A stretch of 64,000 nt of DNA from an uncultured Prevotella sp. (lineage in GTDB: Bacteria > Bacteroidota > Bacteroidia > Bacteroidales > Bacteroidaceae): NCBI GenBank assembly GCA_905234145.1, contig CAJOGK010000035.1:16909-80908 (forward strand). The letters run 5' to 3'. The position numbers were made by a program, and so were the translations under genes. How positions within the stretch are numbered: position 1 is the stretch's first letter; each line of letters starts with the position of its first letter. Of the stretch, positions 41,867 to 54,316 are shown one piece after another. The notes under the pieces were generated by a model, which ran no database searches, was not told the origin of the DNA, and was given only the letters and a program-made list of their open reading frames with translations.

Positions 41867-41905
41867 GAGCCTTTCTCACTTCCGAGTGTGAAAGGCTTTT
41901 TCTTT
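41867..41905 (+). terminator. Attenuator terminator upstream of leuA
   Basis: AGCCTTTCtCAC-TTCCGA-GTGtGAAAGGCT followed by TTTTCTTT. Confidence 0.85.
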
Positions 41906-41934
41906 AGAATCAAATTAATAAAATTGTAAATCAA

Positions 41935-43440
41935 ATGAGTGACAGATTGTTTATCTTCGACACAACACTCCGCGACGGGGAGCAGGTGCCTGGTTGCCAA
42001 CTGAATACCGTAGAGAAGATTCAGGTGGCTAAGGCGCTGGAGCAACTCGGCGTGGATGTAATCGAAGCAGGATTCCCAGTATCAAGTCCTGGTGACTTTA
42101 ACAGTGTGATTGAGATTTCGAAGGCTGTAACGTGGCCCGTGATTTGTGCATTGACGCGTGCCGTAGAGCACGATATCGACATCGCCTTCGAGGCCTTGAA
42201 GTATGCCAAGCACAAGCGTATTCATACGGGTATCGGCACGAGCGACGAACACATTAAGTATAAGTTTAACTCTACCCGCGAGGAGATACTGGAGAGAGCC
42301 GTAGCTGCTACGAAATATGCCAAGCGATTCGTAGACGATGTGGAGTTTTACTGCGAGGATGCAGGCCGTACGAATAACGAGTATCTGGCGCGCGTGGTAG
42401 AAGCCGTGATTAAAGCAGGCGCCACTGTGGTGAATATCCCAGATACTACAGGCTACTGTCTGCCTCAGGAGTATTACGAGAAGATAAAGTATCTGAAAGA
42501 GCACGTAGACGGTATCGATCGTGCCATTATTTCTACCCACTGTCATAACGATTTGGGTTTGGCTACAGCCAATACTTTCAACGGTGTGATGGCTGGTGCC
42601 CGACAAGTGGAAGTTACCATCAACGGTATTGGTGAGCGTGCTGGTAATACCAGTCTTGAGGAAATCGCCATGATATTGAAATGTCATAAGGGCATCGGTA
42701 TCGAAACCAACATCAACACGACGAAGATTTATCCCACTTCGAGAATGGTATCTTCGCTAATGAACATGCCCGTACAGCCTAATAAGGCGGTGGTAGGCCG
42801 TAATGCCTTTGCCCATTCGAGCGGTATCCATCAGGATGGCGTATTGAAGAATGTACATACCTACGAGATTATGGACCCCAAGGATGTGGGTATCGACGAC
42901 AATAGCATCGTATTGACTGCTCGCTCAGGTCGTGCAGCCTTGAAGCATCGTCTGCACGTAAACGGTGTGGATCTGCCTGAAGAGAAGCTCGACAAGGTAT
43001 ATGAGAAGTTCCTAGTTTTGGCTGATCAGAAGAAGGAGATAACAGATGCCGATGCCCTGATGCTTGCTGGTGCAGATACTGCTGATACGCACGCTGTAAG
43101 ACTCGACTTCCTGCAGGTTACATCGGGTAAGGGCGTGAGGAATGTGGCTTCTATTGGTCTCGATATCAGCGGACAGAAGTTTGAGGCTGCTGCCTCTGGC
43201 AATGGTCCTGTAGATGCCGCTATCAAGGCGTTGAAGAAGATTATTATGAAACAGATGACGCTGAAGGAGTTTACCATTCAGGCTATCTCGAAGGGAAGTG
43301 ACGATGTGGGTAAGGTTCACATGCAGGTAGAGTATGATGGCAGTCTTTACTATGGCTTTGGTGCCAATACGGATATCGTTACTGCCTCTGTAGAAGCTTA
43401 CATTGACTGTATTAATAAATTTAAGAAGGAGGAAGAATGA
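41935..43440 (+). CDS. leuA: 2-isopropylmalate synthase
   Basis: [44 protein letters not shown]. Confidence 0.97.
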   Translation: MSDRLFIFDTTLRDGEQVPGCQLNTVEKIQVAKALEQLGVDVIEAGFPVSSPGDFNSVIEISKAVTWPVICALTRAVEHDIDIAFEALKYAKHKRIHTGIGTSDEHIKYKFNSTREEILERAVAATKYAKRFVDDVEFYCEDAGRTNNEYLARVVEAVIKAGATVVNIPDTTGYCLPQEYYEKIKYLKEHVDGIDRAIISTHCHNDLGLATANTFNGVMAGARQVEVTINGIGERAGNTSLEEIAMILKCHKGIGIETNINTTKIYPTSRMVSSLMNMPVQPNKAVVGRNAFAHSSGIHQDGVLKNVHTYEIMDPKDVGIDDNSIVLTARSGRAALKHRLHVNGVDLPEEKLDKVYEKFLVLADQKKEITDADALMLAGADTADTHAVRLDFLQVTSGKGVRNVASIGLDISGQKFEAAASGNGPVDAAIKALKKIIMKQMTLKEFTIQAISKGSDDVGKVHMQVEYDGSLYYGFGANTDIVTASVEAYIDCINKFKKEEE

Positions 43441-44813
43441 ACACATTATTCGACAAAATCTGGGATAAGCACGTGGTGCAGCAGGTAGAGGACGGACCAA
43501 CACAACTCTACATCGACCGCTTGTATTGCCACGAAGTAACATCACCGCAAGCCTTTGAGGGTATGAGGGCGAGGGGACTGAAATGCTTCCGCCCAGAGAA
43601 AATTTACTGTATGCCCGACCATAATACGCCGACCCACGATCAGGATAAGCCCATAGCCGACCCCGTATCGAAGGCGCAGGTGGATATGCTGGCTAAGAAT
43701 GCAGCTGAATTCGGGCTAACCTATTACGGCATGCTATCGAAAGATAACGGTATCATCCACGTGGTAGGCCCAGAGAAGGGACTTTCGCTGCCTGGGATGA
43801 CCATCGTGTGTGGCGACTCACATACCTCTACCCATGGTGCGATGGGTGCTGTAGCCTTTGGTATTGGCACCAGCGAGGTAGAAATGGTCATGGCCTCGCA
43901 ATGTATCCTGCAACAGAAACCCAAGTCGATGCGCATCAGCATTAATGGCACATTGCAAAAGGGCGTTACTGCAAAGGATGTGGCCCTTTACCTGATGTCG
44001 AAACTGACCACGAGCGGGGCTACAGGTTACTTTGTGGAGTATGCAGGCGACGTGGTGAAAAATCTCTCGATGGAGGGCAGATTAACACTTTGTAATCTAT
44101 CGATAGAGATGGGAGCCAGAGGTGGATTCGTAGCCCCAGATGAGACGACTTTTGCCTATTTGAAGGGGCGTGAGTTTGCGCCTAAGAGTGAGGCATGGGA
44201 TAAGGCCGTTACCTATTGGAAAACCCTGAAGAGCGGCGATGATGCTGTGTTTGATAAAGAACTGGTTTTCAGCGCAGACGACATCGAACCTAGAATTACT
44301 TATGGAACGAATCCCGGTATGGGAATCGGTATTACAGAAGCTGTTCCGACAGCAGGCGATGCCAACTTTGAGAAGGCACTTCATTATATGGGCTTTAAGG
44401 CAGGGCAGAAGTTGCTGGGCACGAAGGTAGACTATGTATTTCTGGGTGCCTGCACCAATGGTCGCATCGAAGATTTCAGAGCCTTTGCACAGATCGCCAA
44501 AGGCAGAAAGAAAGCACAGGATATCATCGCATGGCTGGTACCAGGTTCGTGGGCTGTAGATCGTCAGATTCGCGAAGAGGGCCTCGACAAGATACTGTCA
44601 GAAGCAGGCTTTGAGATTCGACAGCCTGGATGCTCTGCCTGTCTGGCGATGAACGATGATAAAATACCAGCAGGTAAGCTATCGGTATCCACCTCGAATA
44701 GAAATTTCGAAGGTCGCCAAGGCCCTGGTGCCCGCACTATTCTGGCATCGCCATTAGTAGCTGCTGCAGCAGCTGTAACAGGAGTAATTACTGATCCAAG
44801 AGAGCTATTATGA
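43437..44813 (+). CDS. leuC: 3-isopropylmalate dehydratase large subunit
   Basis: [46 protein letters not shown]. Confidence 0.98.
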   Translation: MNTLFDKIWDKHVVQQVEDGPTQLYIDRLYCHEVTSPQAFEGMRARGLKCFRPEKIYCMPDHNTPTHDQDKPIADPVSKAQVDMLAKNAAEFGLTYYGMLSKDNGIIHVVGPEKGLSLPGMTIVCGDSHTSTHGAMGAVAFGIGTSEVEMVMASQCILQQKPKSMRISINGTLQKGVTAKDVALYLMSKLTTSGATGYFVEYAGDVVKNLSMEGRLTLCNLSIEMGARGGFVAPDETTFAYLKGREFAPKSEAWDKAVTYWKTLKSGDDAVFDKELVFSADDIEPRITYGTNPGMGIGITEAVPTAGDANFEKALHYMGFKAGQKLLGTKVDYVFLGACTNGRIEDFRAFAQIAKGRKKAQDIIAWLVPGSWAVDRQIREEGLDKILSEAGFEIRQPGCSACLAMNDDKIPAGKLSVSTSNRNFEGRQGPGARTILASPLVAAAAAVTGVITDPRELL

Positions 44814-45400
44814 AACAGAAATTTGATATTATAACATCGACCTGCGTTCCTCTGCCATTAGAGAATGTAGATACCGACCAGATTATACCCGCTCGTTTCT
44901 TAAAGGCAACGACGCGAGAGGAGAAATTCTTTGGCGACAATCTGTTTCGCGATTGGCGCTACAAGCCAGATGGCTCACTGAATAAAGACTTTGTGCTCAA
45001 CGATCCTACTTATCATGGCTGTATCCTCGTAGCGGGCAAGAACTTTGGTAATGGTTCATCGCGCGAGCATGCAGCTTGGGCTATCGCAGGCTATGGCTTC
45101 AGAGTGGTTATCAGCAGTTTCTTTGCGGATATCCATAAGAACAACGAACTGAATAATTTCGTATTGCCAGTACAGGTGAGTGAGGATTTCTTAGCAGAGC
45201 TATTCCAGACGATACAGAATAATCCGGAAACGCTGGTAGAGGTAAACCTCCCCAATCAGACAGTTACGAATATCGCTACTGGGCGAAGTGAACACTTTGA
45301 TATCAACGGCTATAAGAAACATTGCCTGATGAACGGCCTCGACGATATCGATTTTCTGGTAGCGAATAAAGATAAAACAGAATTATGGGAACGTTTATAG
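44810..45400 (+). CDS. leuD: 3-isopropylmalate dehydratase small subunit
   Basis: [24 protein letters not shown]. Confidence 0.98.
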   Translation: MKQKFDIITSTCVPLPLENVDTDQIIPARFLKATTREEKFFGDNLFRDWRYKPDGSLNKDFVLNDPTYHGCILVAGKNFGNGSSREHAAWAIAGYGFRVVISSFFADIHKNNELNNFVLPVQVSEDFLAELFQTIQNNPETLVEVNLPNQTVTNIATGRSEHFDINGYKKHCLMNGLDDIDFLVANKDKTELWERL

Positions 45401-46923
45401 AGATCATGGACTCTACGCTGCGCGATGGTGAGCAGACCAATGGGGTAAGTTTTCTACCTCATGAGAAGCTGATCATCGCCCGTATGCTGCTCCACGATCT
45501 GAATGTGGATCGTATCGAGGTAGCCTCCGCTCGTGTATCTGAAGGCGAGAAAGAGGCTGTAAGCATGATATGCCGCTATGCAGAGAAAATAGACAAACTG
45601 GATAAGGTAGAAGTGCTGGGATTCGTGGATGGCGGACAGAGCGTAGACTGGATATCATCGTGTGGTGGTAAGGTTATCAATCTGTTGGCTAAGGGTTCGC
45701 TTCGACATTGCATGGAGCAACTGGGCAAAACGCCCGAAGCCCACATGGAGGATATCTGCCAGACGGTGAAATATGCCCGTAGTAAGGGGCTTACAGTGAA
45801 TCTTTATCTCGAAGACTGGAGCAATGGCATGAAGGATTCGCCAGAGTATGTGTATCAGATGATGGATGTGCTCTGCGATATCGGTATCCGCAGATTTATG
45901 TTGCCAGATACGCTGGGTATTATGAATCCGCTGCAATGTGTTGAGTATTTCCGGAAGATGATAAAGCGCTATCCTGATGCCCACTTCGATTTCCATGCCC
46001 ATAACGATTACGACTTGGCCGTAAGTAATTCGCTGGCTGCTGCGCTGAGTGGTGCCAAGGGACTACACGTTACGGTAAACGGACTAGGAGAGCGCTGTGG
46101 TAATGCCCCGCTATCGAGTGTGCAGGTGATCTTGAAAGACCAGTTCCATGCCAAGACGAATATCAACGAGGACAAACTCAACGATATCTCACGACTAGTG
46201 GAAAGCTATAGTGGTATTGCCATCGCGCCAAATCAACCAATTATTGGCGACAATGTGTTTACCCAGGTGGCTGGTGTGCATGCGGATGGCGATAATAAGA
46301 ACGGCCTCTATCAGAACGAGCTGGTACCAGAGCGCTTTGGTCGTAAGCGAGAGTATGCGCTGGGCAAGAATAGCGGTAAGGCTAATATCGCCAAGAACCT
46401 CGAAGAACTGGGCTTAGAACTGACACCAGAACAGACACGCAGGGTTACCCAACGTATCACGGAGCTGGGCGATAAGAAAGAGCGTGTAACGCAAGAAGAT
46501 TTGCCCTTCATCGTAAGCGATGTGCTAAAACACGATGCTCCTGAGGATAAAGTAAAACTCTTGAGCTATGTGGTATCTACAGCCTATGGCTTAAAGCCTG
46601 GTGCTAATATCAAGGTAGAGATTAATGGGCAGCAGTATGAGGCTTCGGCTACTGGCGATGGTCAGTACGATGCCTTTGTAAAGTCGCTCCGTTATATCTA
46701 CAAGAAATATCTGGGTCGTACGTTCCCCATTCTGCAAAACTATGCGGTAACGATTCCCCCAGGTGGACGAACAGATGCCTTGGTACAGACAGTCATCACT
46801 TGGAACGACAATGGCAGAGTATTGCGTACCAGAGGTCTGGATGCAGACCAGACAGAAGCTGCCATCAAGGCTACTTTTAAGATGTTGAATATTTACGAAA
46901 ACGAACAAAATAACGAGCTATGA
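45385..46923 (+). CDS. cimA: (R)-citramalate synthase (Leptospira/Bacteroidetes type)
   Basis: Second DRE-TIM paralog: [39 protein letters not shown]. Confidence 0.88.
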   Translation: MGTFIEIMDSTLRDGEQTNGVSFLPHEKLIIARMLLHDLNVDRIEVASARVSEGEKEAVSMICRYAEKIDKLDKVEVLGFVDGGQSVDWISSCGGKVINLLAKGSLRHCMEQLGKTPEAHMEDICQTVKYARSKGLTVNLYLEDWSNGMKDSPEYVYQMMDVLCDIGIRRFMLPDTLGIMNPLQCVEYFRKMIKRYPDAHFDFHAHNDYDLAVSNSLAAALSGAKGLHVTVNGLGERCGNAPLSSVQVILKDQFHAKTNINEDKLNDISRLVESYSGIAIAPNQPIIGDNVFTQVAGVHADGDNKNGLYQNELVPERFGRKREYALGKNSGKANIAKNLEELGLELTPEQTRRVTQRITELGDKKERVTQEDLPFIVSDVLKHDAPEDKVKLLSYVVSTAYGLKPGANIKVEINGQQYEASATGDGQYDAFVKSLRYIYKKYLGRTFPILQNYAVTIPPGGRTDALVQTVITWNDNGRVLRTRGLDADQTEAAIKATFKMLNIYENEQNNEL

Positions 46924-47981
46924 AACTTAACATTGCAATTCTTGCGGGCGATGGAATCGGACCCGAGATTATGAAACAAGGTGTGGCTGTACTTGATGCG
47001 ATTGCAGCAAAGTGTGGTCACGAGTTTACTTACACTGAAGCTATCTGTGGTGCCCATGCCATCGACGAGGTGGGCGACCCTTATCCCGACAGTACCCATG
47101 AGGTATGTATGCAGGCAGATGCTGTGCTTTTTGCTGCTGTAGGCGATCTGAAGTATGACCACGATCCTACAGCGAAGATTCGTCCTGAGGTAGGTTTGCT
47201 GGCTATGCGTAAGAAGTTGGGACTCTACGCTAATGTGCGTCCTGTGGCTACCTTCGATTGCTTGCTACACAAATCACCCTTGAAAGATGAGTTGATTCGT
47301 GGTGCTGATTTCGTAGTACTTCGTGAGCTCACGGGTGGTATGTATTTTGGCGAGCGCTATCAAGACAACGACAAGGCCTACGATACCGATATCTACACGC
47401 GTCCAGAGATTGAGCGCATTGTAAAACTCGGTTTCGAGATGGCCATGAAGCGCAATAAGCATCTGACGGTTGTTGACAAGGCCAATATCCTCGCTTCTTC
47501 TCGTTTGTGGCGACAGATAGCCAAGGAGATAGAGCCTCAGTATCCAGAAGTGCGCACCGATTATATGTTTATCGACAATGCTTCGATGCGTGTACTCACA
47601 GAGCCTCGCTACTTCGATGTGATCGTTACAGAGAACACCTTCGGTGATATCCTTACTGATGAGACCGCTTGTATTACTGGTTCTATGGGTTTGCAGCCAT
47701 CCGCATCGCTAGGCGAGCACACACCACTTTTCGAACCTGTACATGGTTCTTGGCCTCAGGCAGCAGGACAGAATCTGGCGAATCCTTTGGCACAGATTCT
47801 ATCAGCCGCCATGCTTGTAGAACACTTTGGATTAACCCAGGAAGGTGCACTTATCCGTGAAGCTGTAAATGCTTCGCTCGATGCCAATGTGCGTACGCCT
47901 GAAATCCAAGTAGAAGGTGGTGCGAAGTATGGCACACGCGAAGTAGGAGAGTGGATTGTAAACTACATCAAGAATGCGTAA
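46920..47981 (+). CDS. leuB: 3-isopropylmalate dehydrogenase
   Basis: [38 protein letters not shown]. Confidence 0.98.
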   Translation: MKLNIAILAGDGIGPEIMKQGVAVLDAIAAKCGHEFTYTEAICGAHAIDEVGDPYPDSTHEVCMQADAVLFAAVGDLKYDHDPTAKIRPEVGLLAMRKKLGLYANVRPVATFDCLLHKSPLKDELIRGADFVVLRELTGGMYFGERYQDNDKAYDTDIYTRPEIERIVKLGFEMAMKRNKHLTVVDKANILASSRLWRQIAKEIEPQYPEVRTDYMFIDNASMRVLTEPRYFDVIVTENTFGDILTDETACITGSMGLQPSASLGEHTPLFEPVHGSWPQAAGQNLANPLAQILSAAMLVEHFGLTQEGALIREAVNASLDANVRTPEIQVEGGAKYGTREVGEWIVNYIKNA

Positions 47982-48642
47982 GTATGTTGTACTGGTGTTT
48001 ATGCTGGCGGCAACACTGTTGCCAGCACAAACACGTCAGCAATGGCGCGATTCGCTGGAGGTGATTAATGCAAGGATTGCGAAAGATCCCCAGAATCTGA
48101 ATTTGCATCTGTTGAAAGCAGAAGCCAATATCAATCTGGAGCAATGGGAATATGCGCTCGCTGAATACGGCAAGATACTGCATGCTGACGAAAAGAATCT
48201 GGCCGCACTCTACTTCCGGGCATACGTGCACATGCAGCAGAAACATTACGATTTGGCAAAAGTAGACTACGAATCGTTCCTGCTGATAGAGCCCCAGCAT
48301 TTTGAAGCCCGCTTGGGTTTGGCGCATGTCTTGCAGAAACTAGGGCGCAAAACGGAAGCCATCGATGAGTATAATCGGATGGTACAAGTCTTCCCAGACT
48401 CTGCTGATGCCTATGCCTCGCGTGCTGCTTACGAAACAGAGCTGAAGCAATACGATGTAGCCCTGTATGATTGGGACGAGGCCATCCGTCGACGTCCTCA
48501 AAATGCAGGCTATTATGTGTCGAAAGCTGATGTGTATCTGCGCCAGTATAAAAACAAAGAAGCGAAAGACGTGCTGAATGCTGCAGTAAAACAAGGCGTA
48601 CCAAGAGCAGCACTTAAAGAGTGGTACGATCGTTGTAAGTAG
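47974..48642 (+). CDS. Secreted TPR-repeat protein
   Basis: Signal peptide, about 5 TPR-like repeats. Confidence 0.85.
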   Translation: MRKYVVLVFMLAATLLPAQTRQQWRDSLEVINARIAKDPQNLNLHLLKAEANINLEQWEYALAEYGKILHADEKNLAALYFRAYVHMQQKHYDLAKVDYESFLLIEPQHFEARLGLAHVLQKLGRKTEAIDEYNRMVQVFPDSADAYASRAAYETELKQYDVALYDWDEAIRRRPQNAGYYVSKADVYLRQYKNKEAKDVLNAAVKQGVPRAALKEWYDRCK

Positions 48643-48645
48643 ATA

Positions 48646-48680
48646 AAAATTAATCCCCGCCAGCTGGCAGGGATTAATTG
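48646..48680. terminator. Bidirectional terminator between the TPR gene and rho
   Basis: AATTAATCCC..GGGATTAATT. Confidence 0.7.
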
Positions 48681-48687
48681 ATTATGT

Positions 48688-50634
48688 TTAGCCGTTCATC
48701 GAGAGCAAGAACTCTTCGTTAGAACGTGTTGTTACCAATCGGTCGCGTATGGTGTTCATCGCCTCGATAGGATTCATCTCAGCAATAAACTTACGAATAA
48801 TCCACATGCGGTTGAGCGTGGTCTCGTCATGCAGCAAATCGTCGCGACGTGTAGACGACTGAACCAGATCGATAGCAGGGAAGATACGCTTGTTAGACAA
48901 CTGACGATTAAGTTGGATTTCAGAGTTACCAGTACCCTTGAATTCCTCGAAGATAACCTCGTCCATCTTAGAACCGGTATCCACAAGGGCTGTAGCGATA
49001 ATCGTAAGCGAACCACCACCCTCAATGTTACGGGCAGCTCCGAAGAAGCGCTTGGGCTTCTGCAGGGCATTGGCATCCACACCACCAGTAAGCACCTTAC
49101 CAGAAGCAGGCGCAACGGTGTTATAAGCACGTGCCAAACGCGTGATAGAATCGAGGAAGATCACTACATCGTGTCCGCACTCTACCATACGCTTTGCCTT
49201 TTCGAGTACGATACCAGCAATCTTCACGTGACGGTCAGCTGGCTCGTCGAAAGTAGATGCGATAACCTCGGCATCAACTGTACGTGCCATATCTGTTACC
49301 TCCTCAGGTCGCTCATCGATGAGCAGCATCATGATATAAGCCTCGGGATGGTTTGCGGCAATGGCATTGGCAATATCCTTCATCAGGATAGTCTTACCAG
49401 TCTTTGGCTGGGCCACAATCAGTGCACGCTGACCTTTACCAATTGGTGAGAACAAATCGACGATACGAACACTAGGATTCGTAGTAGCCTTATCGCCACA
49501 AAGGGTGAACTTCTCTTCTGGGAAGAGAGGAGTAAGGTGCTCGAAAGCTACACGGTCGCGCACCTCAGAAGGCTCACGTCCGTTGATGCTCTTAACGGAG
49601 GTAAGGGCAAAGTATTTCTCATTGTCGTGAGGAGGACGAACGCAGCACTCTACCACATCACCCGTCTTCAAGCCATATTTCTTAATCTGCTGTGGCGCAA
49701 TGTAGATATCATCAGGCGATGACAGATAGTTATAGTCAGAACTACGCAGGAAACCATAACCATCAGTCAGGCACTCTAGTACACCATTGCCCTCGATGAT
49801 ATCGGCAAAGTTGTATTTGGGTACAGTCGTCTGCTGACGGGTAGAAACCTGCTCTGTTACATTCTGCTGAACCATCGGACGATCGAACATGTCGAGTGTA
49901 GGAATAGCGCCCTGATCCTCGATGGGGATATCAAGTACAGTAATGAAATCTGTACCATCGCCTGGATCGCCTACCCAGACACCATTCTCGTCTACTTCTG
50001 TACCGCCTTCATTCTGAGGATCGTTCTGGTCTTGTGCAGCTTCTGCTTCCTTATGATTAGCCATCATCTTTTCGCGCAACTGCTCGATCGCATTTACCTC
50101 ATCGGCATCAGCCTCGTACTGATTATTGAAATTGGCCTCGGGCACAGCATCGTTGAGATTTTCCATCTGCTCAGGCACCATGTATTCGGGTACAGACTCC
50201 GCATTTTCTGCTACTTCTGCTTCAACTGTTTCTTCAGCCAACTTAGCTTCAGCAGCAGCTTTCTCTGCTTCGATTTCTGCCTTTGTACGACGTCCTCTGC
50301 GTTTGGGCTTTTCCTCTTCAACAGGTGCCTCTGCTGGCATATCGCTAAAGAGCGAGGGCGTTTCTACTTTTTTCCTACGATTGGTTTTACTATCAAGATT
50401 CTCGCCATCTTCACCCTTAACGGTGTAGACTTTGCTTGTGTCTTTTTTCGTAATGCGTGTGCGTTTGCGCTTGGGGGCTGCATCATCTGTAGCACTGTTC
50501 TCGGCAGCTTTATCGAGAATGGCGTAGATCACGTCCTCCATCTGATCGTCGGGTGTAACTTTAATACCCAACTCATCTGCTATACCCACCAACTGGGGTA
50601 TATCCATAGCTTCTAATTCTCCTTTTGTATACAT
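48688..50634 (-). CDS. rho: Transcription termination factor Rho with long N-terminal insertion
   Basis: [39 protein letters not shown]. Confidence 0.98.
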   Translation of the reverse strand: MYTKGELEAMDIPQLVGIADELGIKVTPDDQMEDVIYAILDKAAENSATDDAAPKRKRTRITKKDTSKVYTVKGEDGENLDSKTNRRKKVETPSLFSDMPAEAPVEEEKPKRRGRRTKAEIEAEKAAAEAKLAEETVEAEVAENAESVPEYMVPEQMENLNDAVPEANFNNQYEADADEVNAIEQLREKMMANHKEAEAAQDQNDPQNEGGTEVDENGVWVGDPGDGTDFITVLDIPIEDQGAIPTLDMFDRPMVQQNVTEQVSTRQQTTVPKYNFADIIEGNGVLECLTDGYGFLRSSDYNYLSSPDDIYIAPQQIKKYGLKTGDVVECCVRPPHDNEKYFALTSVKSINGREPSEVRDRVAFEHLTPLFPEEKFTLCGDKATTNPSVRIVDLFSPIGKGQRALIVAQPKTGKTILMKDIANAIAANHPEAYIMMLLIDERPEEVTDMARTVDAEVIASTFDEPADRHVKIAGIVLEKAKRMVECGHDVVIFLDSITRLARAYNTVAPASGKVLTGGVDANALQKPKRFFGAARNIEGGGSLTIIATALVDTGSKMDEVIFEEFKGTGNSEIQLNRQLSNKRIFPAIDLVQSSTRRDDLLHDETTLNRMWIIRKFIAEMNPIEAMNTIRDRLVTTRSNEEFLLSMNG

Positions 50635-50800
50635 AATACAGTCTGATATTATTTCTCGATTGAGTTCAAAAATGTGATTGGAAATGCTTCACGAACGGAA
50701 ACAATGTTTTGAAAAACGATGCAAAGGTAGTGATTATTTGGCATTTCACCAAATTTTTCTCATTTTTTTTGTACCTTTGCCCCCAAAATAATGAAATTAT

Positions 50801-51406
50801 ATGGAAATTAAGAAAGCAGAATTCACGCTGAGTGCGCCAATGGAGTCGATGTGTCCCAAAGATACAAAGCCTGAATATGCCTTTATCGGAAGGTCGAATG
50901 TAGGCAAGTCGAGCTTGATAAATATGCTCACGAACAACAAGAAATTGGCTAAGACATCAGCGACACCTGGTAAGACGTTACTCATCAACCATTTTATTAT
51001 TAATAATGAGTGGTATCTGGTAGATTTGCCTGGCTACGGCTTTGCCAAGCGCTCTAAAAAAGAGGTGGGCAAATTGGAGCAGATGATAAATGGCTATATC
51101 CTGCAGAGAGAGCGGCTGGTAAATGTGTTCCTTCTCGTCGATATCCGATTAGAACCACAGAAAATCGATCTGGATTTTATCCAGTGGTTGGGCGATAGCA
51201 GTGTACCTTTTGCCATCGTGTTTACTAAGGCTGATAAGCTGTCAGCGGGTAAGGCTGCGCAGAATGTAGAAGCCTACAAAAAGAAACTCTTCGAAACGTG
51301 GGAAGAATTGCCGCCGATTTTCGTCACCTCTTCTGAGAAGAAACAAGGTCGCGACGAAATCCTCGACTATATCGACACAATTAATAAAGAGGTATTAAAT
51401 CCGTAA
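50801..51406 (+). CDS. engB: Ribosome biogenesis GTPase YihA/YsxC
   Basis: [26 protein letters not shown]. Confidence 0.97.
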   Translation: MEIKKAEFTLSAPMESMCPKDTKPEYAFIGRSNVGKSSLINMLTNNKKLAKTSATPGKTLLINHFIINNEWYLVDLPGYGFAKRSKKEVGKLEQMINGYILQRERLVNVFLLVDIRLEPQKIDLDFIQWLGDSSVPFAIVFTKADKLSAGKAAQNVEAYKKKLFETWEELPPIFVTSSEKKQGRDEILDYIDTINKEVLNP

Positions 51407-51417
51407 ATCGTAAATCA
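51395..51417. repeat. GTAAATC-family array at the engB-uup junction
   Basis: TTAAATC C GTAAATC GTAAATC; contains the engB stop. Confidence 0.7.
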
Positions 51418-51421
51418 TCCG

Positions 51422-53230
51422 ATGGCTAAAGAGAATCCATATCTCGATGTTCAGCTCCTCACGAAATCGTTTGGCTCTTTGGTGCTTTTCGAAGACATTA
51501 GTTTTTCGATAGCCGAAGGTCAGAAGGTGGGACTGATTGCCAAAAACGGTACAGGAAAATCGACGCTGCTTTCTGTGCTCTCGGGCAAGGAAGGCTACGA
51601 TTCTGGCGATATCATCTTTCGTCGCGATATCAAGGTAGGCATGCTGGAACAGTCGCCAACGTTCGATCCCAACGAGAGTGTGCTTGATGCTTGTTTTAAT
51701 CATCAGGGCGAAGAAGAGAAGGTTCTGAAAGCCAAGCAGATTCTGACGCAATTGAAGATTCGCGACCTGCAGCAACCTATGCGGGAACTTAGTGGTGGTC
51801 AGCAGAAACGTGTAGCCTTGGCCAATGTACTGATTACAGATCCTGACTTCTTGATACTCGATGAGCCCACTAACCATCTCGATCTTGAGATGATAGAATG
51901 GTTGGAAGGTTTTCTGAACAGAGGCAACAAAACCTTGCTGATGGTTACCCACGATCGCTTCTTCTTGGATCGTGTGTGCTCTGTGATTATGGAACTCGAC
52001 GACCAAACCATCTATACCTATCGTGGTAACTACAGTTACTATCTGGAAAAACGACAGGAGCGTATCGATAATAAGCGTGCTGAAATCGCAAGGGCCAATA
52101 ATCTCTATCGCACAGAACTGGAATGGATGCGACGTATGCCTCAGGCCAGGGGTCATAAAGCCCGTTATCGCGAAGAGGCTTTCTACGAGTTGGAGAAAAT
52201 TGCAAAACAGCGCATCGAGGAGCGACAGATTCGTCTGAAATCCCGCAATGTGTATATCGGTTCGAAAATCTTCGAGTGCCAATACGTTTCGAAGCAGTTT
52301 GATGATAAGGTTATTCTGAAAGACTTCTACTATAACTTTTCGCGCTTTGAGAAGATGGGTATCGTGGGCAATAACGGTACGGGCAAATCTACCTTTATTA
52401 AAATGCTATTGGGTATGGAGCCCCTCGATAGTGGTCGTTTTGATATTGGCGATACCGTGCGCTTTGGCTATTTCTCACAAGAAGGATTGCAATTCGACCC
52501 TCAGCAGAAAGTTATCGATGTGGTTAAAAACATCGCAGAGTATATCGATATGGGTGGCGGCAAACATTTTACCGCCTCGCAGTTCCTACAATATTTCTTG
52601 TTTACGCCCGAGCAGCAGCATAACTATGTGTATAAGCTTTCGGGTGGTGAAAAGAGAAAACTTTATCTTTGTACTGTTCTGATGAAGAACCCGAATTTTC
52701 TGGTACTCGATGAGCCTACGAACGATTTGGATATCATTACCCTCCAGATACTGGAAGAATACCTGCAGGATTTCCCTGGTTGCGTGATTGTGGTTAGTCA
52801 TGATATGGATAAGGTGGTCGACCATCTGTTGGTGTTTAAGGGCGATGGCGAGATTAAGGATTTCCCAGGCAACTATACGCAGTATCGTGAGTATTCGAGG
52901 AATGTGGAATGTGGAAGGAGGAATGAGAATAGTAATAGTACAAGTAATAGTAATCTCATTCCACATTCCTCATTCCACATTCCACAAAATAACTCTCCAC
53001 AAAACAAGGAGAAGCGCAAGATGAGCTACAAGGAAAAGCGCGAGTTTGAGCAATTGGAAAAAGAGATTGCCGCCCTCGAAGCAGAACAAAAACAATTAGA
53101 GGATGCGCTTTGTAGTGGTACGCTTTCTATTGACGAACTAACAGCGAAGAGTAAACGTCTTCCTCAATTAAAAGATGAGCTTGACGAGAAATCACTTCGC
53201 TGGCTCGAACTGAGCGAGATTGAACATTAA
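51422..53230 (+). CDS. uup: ABC-F ATPase, Uup-like
   Basis: Two NBDs, ELEWMRRMPQARGHKA linker, C-terminal coiled coil KMSYKEKRE..RWLEL. Confidence 0.9.
   Translation: MAKENPYLDVQLLTKSFGSLVLFEDISFSIAEGQKVGLIAKNGTGKSTLLSVLSGKEGYDSGDIIFRRDIKVGMLEQSPTFDPNESVLDACFNHQGEEEKVLKAKQILTQLKIRDLQQPMRELSGGQQKRVALANVLITDPDFLILDEPTNHLDLEMIEWLEGFLNRGNKTLLMVTHDRFFLDRVCSVIMELDDQTIYTYRGNYSYYLEKRQERIDNKRAEIARANNLYRTELEWMRRMPQARGHKARYREEAFYELEKIAKQRIEERQIRLKSRNVYIGSKIFECQYVSKQFDDKVILKDFYYNFSRFEKMGIVGNNGTGKSTFIKMLLGMEPLDSGRFDIGDTVRFGYFSQEGLQFDPQQKVIDVVKNIAEYIDMGGGKHFTASQFLQYFLFTPEQQHNYVYKLSGGEKRKLYLCTVLMKNPNFLVLDEPTNDLDIITLQILEEYLQDFPGCVIVVSHDMDKVVDHLLVFKGDGEIKDFPGNYTQYREYSRNVECGRRNENSNSTSNSNLIPHSSFHIPQNNSPQNKEKRKMSYKEKREFEQLEKEIAALEAEQKQLEDALCSGTLSIDELTAKSKRLPQLKDELDEKSLRWLELSEIEH
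52897..52986. repeat. Inverted heptamer arrays forming a 90-bp palindromic element, in frame within uup
   Basis: (GWGGAAT)n - AGTAAT spacer - (ATTCCWC)n. Confidence 0.9.
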
Positions 53231-53248
53231 AGATTAAACATTAAATTT
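53221..53248. repeat. Heptamer array at the uup-recR junction
   Basis: TGAACAT TAAAGAT TAAACAT TAAATTT; contains the uup stop. Confidence 0.65.
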
Positions 53249-53259
53249 CAGATTATATC

Positions 53260-53877
53260 GTGTTACAACAACAATATCCCTCTCAGCTACTCGAAAAGGC
53301 CGTGCAGGAGTTTTCAAAACTACCAGGCATCGGACGAAAGACAGCACTTCGACTTGTGCTGTGGATGCTGCGCCAAGACGATGCAGACATTGAGCAGTTT
53401 GCTGAAGCCATCTATCAGCTGAAGCATGAAGTAAAGTACTGTCAAATTTGTCATAACATCAGCGATACTGATATCTGTCCCATCTGTTCCGATCCCAGAA
53501 GAGATGCCTTGACCGTCTGTGTGGTAGAGAATATTCAGGATGTGATGGCCATCGAGAATACCCAGCAGTTTCATGGGCTCTATCATGTGCTTGGTGGAAT
53601 CATCTCGCCCATGGACGGTATAGGTCCTGGCGATATCGAAATCGATTCTCTGGTGGCGCGTGTGGCTAAGGGTGATGTGAGAGAGGTGATTTTGGCACTC
53701 AGTCCTACGATGGAAGGCGATACCACAAATTTCTATATCTACAGAAAGCTGATACCTTATAATATTGAGGTGAGTGTGATAGCGAGAGGCGTGGCTGTGG
53801 GCAATGAGTTGGAATATACTGACGAGGTAACACTGGGTCGCTCAATAATGAACAGAACATTATTTGATGGAAAATAA
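53260..53877 (+). CDS. recR: Recombination mediator RecR
   Basis: [10 protein letters not shown]4 zinc finger, YHVLGG.ISP, EGDTT (TOPRIM). Confidence 0.98.
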   Translation: MLQQQYPSQLLEKAVQEFSKLPGIGRKTALRLVLWMLRQDDADIEQFAEAIYQLKHEVKYCQICHNISDTDICPICSDPRRDALTVCVVENIQDVMAIENTQQFHGLYHVLGGIISPMDGIGPGDIEIDSLVARVAKGDVREVILALSPTMEGDTTNFYIYRKLIPYNIEVSVIARGVAVGNELEYTDEVTLGRSIMNRTLFDGK

Positions 53878-54316
53878 AAACGAAGATAAGATGAAGAAAG
53901 TAAGCAAACAATTGATGGCTTTTTATATAGCACAGATTGCATTGGCATTAGTGTTCGTGGTGCTGTTCGAACTGGAACTGTTGCCAGTGGGCACGCAGGC
54001 TTTTGACAAGCAGTCGGAGTTTATACTCACGGCCCTGATGGAGATCGTATCGCTAGGTGCAGCATTCTTGGGCCTCCGTCTGTTTAAGTTCAAGACCATC
54101 CAGAAGGATCTTGTCCGTCGCAAGGAGAAGGCGATGTGGAAATGGGGAATGACAAGACTGTTGATACTCGAAGCACCGATGGTGATTAACACCTTATTAT
54201 ATTATATATATATGAACACCACCTTCGGCTATCTGGCTATTATCCTGTTGCTCTGCTTGCCGTTTGTATATCCCAGTCTGAGTCGTTGCAACGCTGAAAC
54301 CACAGAAGAGGCATGA
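53864..54316 (+). CDS. Hypothetical 4-TM membrane protein
   Basis: Hydrophobic helices; overlaps recR and the GT2 gene. Confidence 0.75.
   Translation: MMENKNEDKMKKVSKQLMAFYIAQIALALVFVVLFELELLPVGTQAFDKQSEFILTALMEIVSLGAAFLGLRLFKFKTIQKDLVRRKEKAMWKWGMTRLLILEAPMVINTLLYYIYMNTTFGYLAIILLLCLPFVYPSLSRCNAETTEEA

Noticed and set aside
51395-52282. 295-aa antisense ORF over uup, and similar shadows at 530-1264, 11416-12240, 17109-17807, 28967-29785 and 60345-61115
   Set aside because: They lie antisense to well-supported conserved genes and show no motifs; typical codon-bias shadow ORFs
52897-52986. CRISPR array interpretation of this or any other repeat array
   Set aside because: Units are 7 bp with no unique spacers, and there are no cas genes
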